From positions 1-5,025 of the IMG/VR virus record IMGVR_UViG_3300045988_130262: 5,025 bases of DNA; one strand, 5' to 3'. The position numbers and the translations under genes were made by a program. Each line of letters starts with the position of its first letter. The first letter of the stretch is position 1. This stretch comes from a virus. This document shows positions 1-4,680 of this stretch, in pieces. The notes below the pieces were generated by a model, which saw nothing but the letters and a program-made list of their open reading frames with translations, was not told the origin of the DNA and made no database searches.

Positions 1-99
1 ATTTTTTTGTTCCGTATCGCTTGCTTTGGAAACACTGGGAACAGTTTAATGGTCAGCAGGACTATCCCGGCGCGTCTACTGATTATCTTGTGCCGCAGA
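1..99 (+). repeat. Terminal direct repeat, copy A (identical to 4927..5025); overlap left by linearising a circular genome
   Basis: Base-by-base comparison shows that atttttttgttccgtatcgc...atcttgtgccgcaga at 1..99 is identical to 4927..5025. The VP1 reading frame is continuous across the junction (4926 joined to 1). Confidence 0.95.
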
Positions 100-1442
100 C
101 TTCCGCTTCTGGTGATGGTGGTTTCCCGGTTGGTTCGTTGGAAGATTATTTTGGCCTTCCCACTGGCGTGAAAGGTATCAAGGCTAATGAATTAGCCGCG
201 AGAGCGTATGCGCTTATCTGGAATGAATGGTTTAGGGATGAAAATTTACAGAACCCTATTAACCTTTCTTCTTTTGCTGAAATTGCTTCTGCTTCTGGTT
301 TGGATGATGTTGGCCTTGGTGATGCTGGTTTCACTGGTTCGCACAAGCTCCTTAGACGTGGTAAGCGTCACGATTATTTTACTAGCGCGCTTCCGTGGCC
401 GCAGAAAGGCCCTGGTGTAGAGCTTCCCCTTTCCGGTAATGCTCCGGTTAAGAGCAATGGTGCTGTTGTTTTCAATGATGGTACTCGGTTTGGTTGTCTC
501 GTTGCTACCGGTGATGGTCCTCATCTTAATCGTGGTTCTGTTGGTTATCCTACCGGCTCCGCTCCTACGCTCGGCGGTCCTGGTAATTATTTTGGTACTG
601 GTTCAGATAGTGAGGGTCTTTTACTTGGACTTGGTGATAATTCTCAGGTTTATGCCGATCTTTCTTCTGTTACTGCCGCTACTATTAATTCGCTTCGTCA
701 GGCTTTCCAGCTTCAGAAACTTTATGAACGTGATGCCCGTGGTGGTACGCGATATACCGAAATCCTTCGCTCGCATTTTGGTGTTGTTTCCCCTGATAGC
801 CGTCTTCAGCGTCCGGAATACCTTGGCGGTTCTGAAAGCCCTGTTATTATCAATCCTGTAGTGCAGAACTCCGCGACTGGTTCAACCGGTGCAGAAACGC
901 CCCAGGGTAATCTTGCCGCTTATGGTCTTGCGTCTAGCACATCCGCGAAGCATGGATTTACTAAATCTTTTGTGGAACATGGTATTATTATCGGTCTTTT
1001 GAATGTCCGTGCTGACCTTACCTATCAGCAGGGTATTCCGCGCATGTTCAGCCGCCGTACACGCTTTGATTTTTACTGGCCCGTTCTTGCGCATCTTGGC
1101 GAACAGGCTGTTCTTAATAAAGAAATCTATGCTCAGGGTACACCTGCCGATGATGATGTATTTGGTTATCAGGAAAGATATGCAGAATATCGTTATTTCC
1201 CTAGTATGATTACTGGTAAGCTTAGGTCTACGGACTCTCAGAGTCTTGATGTTTGGCATCTTTCTCAAAAGTTTGATAATCTTCCTACGCTTTCCGCTCA
1301 GTTTATTGAAGATAATCCGCCAGTGTCTCGTATTCTTGCCGTACAGAATGAACCTCAGTTTATTATTGATAGTTATATTGAAATGAAGTGTGCCCGTCCT
1401 ATGCCGGTTTACGGTGTTCCTGGTCTCGTTGACCACTTCTAA
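1..1442 (+). CDS. VP1: Major capsid protein VP1, 3' part (first complete codon at nt 3); with 4695..4926 it gives 1,674 nt / 557 aa
   Basis: The frame is continuous with 4695.. through the repeat. Conserved capsid blocks are present: HDYFTSALPWPQKG, INSLRQAFQLQKLYERDARGGTRYTEILRSHFGV and RPEYLGG. The stop is TAA at 1440-1442. The track start at 21 is an internal TTG (Leu), not a start. Confidence 0.95.
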   Translation, partial: FFVPYRLLWKHWEQFNGQQDYPGASTDYLVPQTSASGDGGFPVGSLEDYFGLPTGVKGIKANELAARAYALIWNEWFRDENLQNPINLSSFAEIASASGLDDVGLGDAGFTGSHKLLRRGKRHDYFTSALPWPQKGPGVELPLSGNAPVKSNGAVVFNDGTRFGCLVATGDGPHLNRGSVGYPTGSAPTLGGPGNYFGTGSDSEGLLLGLGDNSQVYADLSSVTAATINSLRQAFQLQKLYERDARGGTRYTEILRSHFGVVSPDSRLQRPEYLGGSESPVIINPVVQNSATGSTGAETPQGNLAAYGLASSTSAKHGFTKSFVEHGIIIGLLNVRADLTYQQGIPRMFSRRTRFDFYWPVLAHLGEQAVLNKEIYAQGTPADDDVFGYQERYAEYRYFPSMITGKLRSTDSQSLDVWHLSQKFDNLPTLSAQFIEDNPPVSRILAVQNEPQFIIDSYIEMKCARPMPVYGVPGLVDHF

Positions 1443-1444
1443 GT

Positions 1445-1450
1445 GAGGTG
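1445..1450 (+). promoter_or_regulatory. Shine-Dalgarno for VP2 (GAGGTG)
   Basis: GAGGTG lies 7 nt upstream of ATG 1458. Confidence 0.7.
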
Positions 1451-1457
1451 TTCTCTT

Positions 1458-2360
1458 ATGGGCCTTTTTGGTAAATTTGGCGGTGCTATTATTGGTGCTG
1501 GTGCTGGTTTACTAGGTGGTATTTTTGCGAATAAACAGCAGCAAAAACAGTTTAATTCTAACTATGAACTTGCTCATGACCAGCTATACAAACAACATCA
1601 GATTGAAGTCGCTGATCTCCGCGCAGCTGGTCTCAATCCTATTCTTTCGGCTAATGGTGGTAATAGTACTTTTGGTGCTTCTGCTGGTGGTAGCTATGAA
1701 AACCTTGGTACCGCCGCTACTTCTGGATATATGGCCGCTCAGCAGGCGAAAAATTTACAGATGCAGAATGATGCTATCAAGGCGGATATCGAAAAGACGC
1801 GCGCTGAAGCTAGTAATGTATTACAGGATACTAAACTCAAATCTGCTCAGACTTCTCAGGTGCAGGGTGAAACTTCCCTTATACCGCTTAAAGCGGATAA
1901 TATCTCTGCTCTTACTGCTCAAGCTAAACAGCAGACTGAGGTATTCAAGATGCAGGTTAAAGTTGCTGATGCTAATATCAATAAAATTCTTCAGGATATT
2001 GAAAATAGTATTCGTATTACTGATGCTCAGGTTGCTGAACTTGGTACTCGTTCTGAGGCTAATCTTGCTCAAGCTGGTGCCGCTTCTGCGCTTGCCGCGA
2101 AGTCTTATGGCGAATTGTCCCGGATTCAGCAATTAACGCCTTATGAGATTGATAAATTGGCCGCTGGTACTGCTGAAAATTTGGCTAGTGCGGCTAATCT
2201 TGACGCTTCTACTCAGCGTACCCTTGAAGATTCTATCCGGATTAAACTTGCTAATGAACAGGAACAGTCTGTACAGGATATCAAAACAGGTTATCCTCAT
2301 AGGTTTGGTACTACAATGGGTGAATTGTTGCGCTGGATGCCTTTCAGCGCACTTAAATGA
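1458..2360 (+). CDS. VP2: Minor capsid / DNA pilot protein VP2 (functional analogue of phiX174 H), 300 aa
   Basis: The gene sits immediately downstream of VP1. It has a Gly-rich hydrophobic N-terminus (MGLFGKFGGAIIGAGAGLLGGIF), the conserved LRAAGLNPILS motif, and a long Ala/Gln/Lys-rich helical middle. I prefer ATG 1458 to the track's GTG 1443 because of the SD spacing. Confidence 0.85.
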   Translation: MGLFGKFGGAIIGAGAGLLGGIFANKQQQKQFNSNYELAHDQLYKQHQIEVADLRAAGLNPILSANGGNSTFGASAGGSYENLGTAATSGYMAAQQAKNLQMQNDAIKADIEKTRAEASNVLQDTKLKSAQTSQVQGETSLIPLKADNISALTAQAKQQTEVFKMQVKVADANINKILQDIENSIRITDAQVAELGTRSEANLAQAGAASALAAKSYGELSRIQQLTPYEIDKLAAGTAENLASAANLDASTQRTLEDSIRIKLANEQEQSVQDIKTGYPHRFGTTMGELLRWMPFSALK

Positions 2361-2366
2361 AAGGAG
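2361..2366 (+). promoter_or_regulatory. Shine-Dalgarno for the small basic protein (AAGGAG)
   Basis: AAGGAG lies 8 nt upstream of GTG 2375. Confidence 0.75.
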
Positions 2367-2374
2367 TTTTTATT

Positions 2375-2491
2375 GTGAAACGTCGTAAACTGTCTAAGAA
2401 AAAGTCACGTAAGATTTTTACAAAAGGCGCTGTTAACATTAAAAAACGTAACCTCCGCGCTCGCCCTATGCGCGGCGGATTCCGGATTTAG
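2375..2491 (+). CDS. VP8: Small arginine/lysine-rich DNA-binding/packaging protein (gokushovirus VP8 / phiX174 J-like), 38 aa, GTG start
   Basis: My translation is (M)KRRKLSKKKSRKIFTKGAVNIKKRNLRARPMRGGFRI, ending at TAG 2489-2491. 15 of 38 residues are K or R. The C-terminal MRGGFRI resembles the ...MRGG[IF]R[FI] tail I recall for gokushovirus ORF8 proteins. It has a strong SD and fills the VP2-VP4 gap exactly. Confidence 0.75.
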   Translation: MKRRKLSKKKSRKIFTKGAVNIKKRNLRARPMRGGFRI

Positions 2492-2493
2492 TT

Positions 2494-3396
2494 ATGGCTT
2501 GCTACCATCCGATTGATTGCTGGCGTGTTCCCGACGCCAGCACCAAGTCGGGCTATCGTATCGTGTTTGGTTCCCCTGCGAGCCCTCCGGCTCGTGGTGC
2601 GGAGCCTTGCACTATTCCTTGTGGAAAATGTATTGGATGCCGTTTGGCATATTCTAGGCAATGGGCAGCCAGATGTGTTCATGAAGCTTCCTTACATGAT
2701 CGCAATTGTTTTTTAACTTTGACTTTCGATGATGCGCACCTTCCAGCTTCCGGTTCTGTGAGTGTTCGTGATGTTCAGCTTTTCCTAAAACGGTTACGTA
2801 AGGCTCTGTCTTATCAGAATATCAAGATTCGTTTCTTTGCTTGTGGTGAATACGGTGACAAAAATCAGCGCCCTCATTATCATCTTATTGTATTTAATTA
2901 CGATTTTTCTGATGATCGTCAGTTACTTAGACAGACGCCTTACGGTCCGCTTTATATATCTGATTTTTTATTTAGTCTTTGGCCTTATGGCTTCCATACC
3001 ATTGGTAATGTTACTTTTAAGAGCTGCGCTTACGTAGCGCGTTACGTGACTAAAAAAGTATATGGTAAGGATGCTCCTGCTCATTATCAGGGCCGCACTC
3101 CTGAATTTATTACTATGTCTCGTAAACCGGGTATTGCGCATGATTGGATAGTTAAGTATTTTAATGATGTTTATAATTATGATAAAGTTGTTTTGCCTGA
3201 TGGTATGATTACTCGACCGCCGGCGTATTATGATGAATATTTGCATTTGACAGATGCAGAAAAGTATGATATTCTGAAGGCACGGAGAAAGAAGACGGTA
3301 AAAAAAGAATCGGTCTCTCGTCTTCTTCAGAAAGAAGAACATCAACTGGAAATTGCAAAAAAATTGATTAGGCCGATCGAAGGAGCTTGCCAATGA
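2494..3396 (+). CDS. VP4: Replication initiation protein VP4 (HUH rolling-circle endonuclease, phiX174 A homologue), 300 aa
   Basis: RCR motif 1 is FLTLTF (aa 73-78). Motif 2 is HYHLIVF (HUH; nt 2875-2895). Motif 3 is YVARYVTKK with two Tyr residues (nt 3031-3033 and 3043-3045), compare phiX174 A YVAKYVNKK. There is also an N-terminal Cys cluster, CTIPCGKCIGC. Confidence 0.95.
   Translation: MACYHPIDCWRVPDASTKSGYRIVFGSPASPPARGAEPCTIPCGKCIGCRLAYSRQWAARCVHEASLHDRNCFLTLTFDDAHLPASGSVSVRDVQLFLKRLRKALSYQNIKIRFFACGEYGDKNQRPHYHLIVFNYDFSDDRQLLRQTPYGPLYISDFLFSLWPYGFHTIGNVTFKSCAYVARYVTKKVYGKDAPAHYQGRTPEFITMSRKPGIAHDWIVKYFNDVYNYDKVVLPDGMITRPPAYYDEYLHLTDAEKYDILKARRKKTVKKESVSRLLQKEEHQLEIAKKLIRPIEGACQ
3379..3385 (+). 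promoter_or_regulatory. Shine-Dalgarno for the VP5-like gene (GAAGGAG), inside the VP4 3' end
   Basis: GAAGGAG lies 7 nt upstream of ATG 3393. Confidence 0.75.
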
Positions 3397-3680
3397 AAAC
3401 TATTTATGCTGTTTTTGATCGAAAAACTAATTCTTGTGCACTCTGCAAAGAAGCCGTTAATATTGAAGAGTTTCAGCGTTGGTTTGCCACTGTATTCCTT
3501 CGTGATTCTTCCATGTTTGCGCTTTATCCTCAGGATTATGATATTTATTCTCTCTGTACTTTTGATGATGATAATATGACCATTCCGGAACATTTTCCGC
3601 CGCGTCTTATTTGTTCGGTTGATGAGCTTTTTTCTATCTTTAAGCTTCCGCGCCCGACCTCTGCCCAGTCGGGCGAGTGA
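3393..3680 (+). CDS. VP5: Small acidic non-structural protein, VP5/ORF5-like (proposed ssDNA synthesis/packaging role), 95 aa
   Basis: ATG 3393 overlaps the VP4 stop as ATGA. The N-terminus MKTIYAVFDRKT and the block YPQDYDIYSLCTFDDDNMTI resemble the gokushovirus ORF5 pattern (MK.F.VFD.K... P.DF.LY.IG.YDD..G.I) as I remember it. I prefer this start to the track's TTG 3387. Confidence 0.65.
   Translation: MKTIYAVFDRKTNSCALCKEAVNIEEFQRWFATVFLRDSSMFALYPQDYDIYSLCTFDDDNMTIPEHFPPRLICSVDELFSIFKLPRPTSAQSGE
3651..3675 (+). other. GC-rich stem-loop at the 3' end of the VP5-like gene
   Basis: CGCCCGAC (3651-3658) and GTCGGGCG (3668-3675) form a perfect 8-bp stem with a 9-nt loop. The stem ends 1 nt before GTG 3677 and 2 nt before the TGA stop (3678-3680). 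Confidence 0.8.
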
Positions 3681-3868
3681 TTTTTCTATTCTTTGCCGTT
3701 TTCCTTTGCGGCAAGCCGCTAGCGTTTGCCTACGTTAGCGGTTTTTCTTTTTCCCTTATTAGCCCTAGGGGCATGGGGGGAAATGCCGCGGTTAACTTGC
3801 TTTTGTCTGTTTTGTTGTTTAACTTCTCTTATGTTTTGCGGCAGGTTCCCCCCATTATCAGCCTTTGA
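3677..3868 (+). CDS. Hypothetical 63-aa hydrophobic protein spanning the VP5-distal spacer (may instead be non-coding structured DNA)
   Basis: This is the only open frame across 3681-3885. Its GTG start overlaps the VP5 stop as GTGA, and its TGA stop (3866-3868) abuts the next SD. It has two hydrophobic stretches, IFLFFAVFLCG..LAFAYVSGFSFSLI and AAVNLLLSVLLFNF. Against coding: by my count T is more frequent at codon position 2 than position 3, more codons end in C than in the neighbouring genes, there is no SD, and the region is packed with hairpins including a terminator-like one. Confidence 0.3.
   Translation: MIFLFFAVFLCGKPLAFAYVSGFSFSLISPRGMGGNAAVNLLLSVLLFNFSYVLRQVPPIISL
3716..3752 (+). 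terminator. Candidate rho-independent terminator downstream of the VP5-like gene
   Basis: CCGCTAGCG (3716-3724) pairs with CGTTAGCGG (3733-3741) as a 9-bp stem with one G-T/U wobble and an 8-nt loop. It is followed directly by TTTTTCTTTTT (3742-3752). A smaller hairpin, TTGCCG/CGGCAA (3693-3698 / 3709-3714), precedes it. Confidence 0.55.
3773..3855. repeat. Long-range interrupted inverted repeat (16 bp total) enclosing 48 nt of T-rich sequence
   Basis: ATGGGGGGAA (3773-3782) is the perfect reverse complement of TTCCCCCCAT (3846-3855). Immediately inside, TGCCGC (3784-3789) pairs with GCGGCA (3838-3843). The only interruptions are bulges at A3783 and GG3844-3845. Confidence 0.8.
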
Positions 3869-3871
3869 GGA
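3867..3871 (+). promoter_or_regulatory. Shine-Dalgarno (GAGGA) upstream of the 3881 and 3886 start codons
   Basis: GAGGA is 9 nt from ATG 3881 (the hydrophobic 38-aa frame) and 14 nt from ATG 3886 (the Cys-rich frame). Confidence 0.6.
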
Positions 3872-3885
3872 TGTGATCTAATGTC

Positions 3886-4092
3886 ATGTATAAAGTACCT
3901 CCTGCTTTTAATCGTTTTGTATTTGACGGTATCGATCGTTGTGAGTATTGTCAGTGCGTTTTGTATCACGTGGACGACTATATCTCTGTTTGCTTAAATT
4001 GTGGTGCTTGTTTTACTAGTAGTAATTTTAAACCTACTAGTCTATTTGAAGATACTTGTAGCGCGGTTCCGCGCGGAAAGGAAGACCCATGA
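3886..4092 (+). CDS. Hypothetical 68-aa Cys-rich protein with a zinc-ribbon-like CxxC-x13-CxxC signature
   Basis: The sequence is MYKVPPAFNRFVFDGIDRCEYCQCVLYHVDDYISVCLNCGACF.... C19/C22 and C36/C39 form two CxxC knuckles, with extra C24, H28 and C42. By eye, third codon positions are T-rich like the bona fide genes. Its stop overlaps the VP3 start as ATGA (4089-4092). ATG 3886 is the only start after the in-frame TGA at 3874. Confidence 0.6.
   Translation: MYKVPPAFNRFVFDGIDRCEYCQCVLYHVDDYISVCLNCGACFTSSNFKPTSLFEDTCSAVPRGKEDP
4061..4074. repeat. Perfect 14-nt GC-rich palindrome GCGCGGTTCCGCGC just upstream of the VP3 SD
   Basis: GCGCGG (4061-4066) and CCGCGC (4069-4074) are reverse complements. 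This is effectively a 5-bp stem with a GTTC loop, ending 3 nt before AAAGGAAG. Confidence 0.7.
4077..4084 (+). promoter_or_regulatory. Shine-Dalgarno for VP3 (AAAGGAAG)
   Basis: The AAGGA core (4078-4082) lies 6 nt upstream of ATG 4089. Confidence 0.7.
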
Positions 4093-4532
4093 AATTTAAT
4101 TCTCGTTATTCTGTTACCGGCGAAAAGCCGGGTATTAAGTTTGATCAGCCTTCTCAGACGCTCCAGTCTTTTAAAGATGATGCTGATATCAACTGTATTA
4201 TCTCGCGTTTTGAGACTACCGGTGTACTTGTAGACCCTACTGTACCGGTTTCTCGTGTTCCTCAATTTGGTGATTATTCTGATATGCCTTCCTATCAGGA
4301 AGCACAGAATGTCATAGTGGCGGCTAATAATGCATTTAGTCACCTTTCAAGTAAAATCCGCGAACGATTCGGGAATGATCCAGCCGCCTATTTCCAGTTC
4401 GTTCAGTCTCTCAAGGAAGGAAGTGATGATTACGCTGAAGCAATTAGGCTTGGAATTATTGACAAACCTGTTGACGGTACTCTTGAAGTATCTTCCGGAC
4501 CTGTTGAAGGTTCCGGTAAAGAAGTAAATTGA
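4089..4532 (+). CDS. VP3: Internal scaffolding protein VP3, 147 aa
   Basis: Motifs typical of gokushovirus VP3 are present: QSFKDDADINCIISRFETTGVL, FGDYSDMPSYQEAQNVIVAANNAFSHLSSKIRERFGNDPAAYFQFV. It also has an acidic C-terminal tail. Confidence 0.88.
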   Translation: MKFNSRYSVTGEKPGIKFDQPSQTLQSFKDDADINCIISRFETTGVLVDPTVPVSRVPQFGDYSDMPSYQEAQNVIVAANNAFSHLSSKIRERFGNDPAAYFQFVQSLKEGSDDYAEAIRLGIIDKPVDGTLEVSSGPVEGSGKEVN

Positions 4533-4555
4533 TATTTGCTAACGGTAAGCGCCGA

Positions 4556-4589
4556 CCGGCCAATTACACTACTTGATGTAATTGGCCGG
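4556..4589 (+). other. Perfect 13-bp stem-loop in the VP3-VP1 spacer; candidate origin, terminator or mRNA-stabilising structure
   Basis: CCGGCCAATTACA (4556-4568) pairs with TGTAATTGGCCGG (4577-4589) around the 8-nt loop CTACTTGA. It is nested inside an outer 7-bp repeat, TAACGGT (4540-4546) / ACCGTTA (4596-4602). A T6 run lies at 4612-4617. Confidence 0.85.
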
Positions 4590-4680
4590 AGTGACACCGT
4601 TAAGCGGCTCATTTTTTACACTCTTTGAATAATAAGTGAATGATACAGCCTGTTGGCGAAGCCTTAGGGCGGTCATTCAG

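Noticed and set aside
21-23. ORF-track start codons at 21 (TTG), 1443 (GTG) and 3387 (TTG)
   Set aside because: Position 21 is an internal Leu of VP1, whose real start is 4695 on the circle. 1443 overlaps the SD that serves ATG 1458. 3387 is 1 nt after the SD that is correctly spaced for ATG 3393.
3797-3835. Sigma70-like promoter candidates in the VP5-distal spacer (TTGCTT at 3797-3802, 17 nt, TAACTT at 3820-3825; TATGTT at 3830-3835), and TTTACA at 4615-4620 in the VP3-VP1 spacer
   Set aside because: Only partial hexamer matches are present, and none has a good -35/-10 pair at 16-18 nt. T-rich sequence generates such matches readily, and the host and its promoter consensus are unknown. A promoter is still expected somewhere in 3753-3866 if the 3716-3752 terminator is real.
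3829-3835. Possible XerCD dif-like site (TTATGTT matches the start of the E. coli dif XerD arm TTATGTTAAAT), relevant because some gokushoviruses integrate at dif
   Set aside because: Only 7 nt match. The 17 nt upstream (ttgttgtttaacttctc) bear no resemblance to the XerC arm and central region, and no other dif-like 28-mer was seen in either spacer.
3871-3876. Start-stop mini-ORF ATG-TGA immediately after the GAGG motif
   Set aside because: There is zero spacing between the SD and the ATG, and the ORF has a single codon. This is most likely coincidental, and its only effect is to define the upstream boundary of the 3886 frame.
208-4527. Numerous + strand hydrophobic ORFs nested inside real genes (208..420, 439..861, 1003..1209, 1516..2136, 2143..2388, 2513..2716, 2837..3037, 4330..4527)
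   Set aside because: They sit one base downstream of the real gene frame, so the T-rich third codon position becomes their second position. That automatically yields Leu/Ile/Val/Phe-rich pseudo-proteins. None has a convincing SD. Treated as compositional artefacts, although phiX174 E shows such frames can occasionally be real.
146-4612. Minus-strand ORFs (146..346, 246..524, 882..1436, 1821..2132, 2488..2682, 2968..3393, 3342..3593, 3978..4343, 4430..4612)
   Set aside because: They are antisense to well-supported genes. Their products are low-complexity Lys/Arg/Asn/Ile/Ser-rich strings, as expected from reading A-rich antisense codons. No SDs are present. As far as I know, characterised Microviridae encode all their genes on a single strand, corresponding to the + strand shown here.
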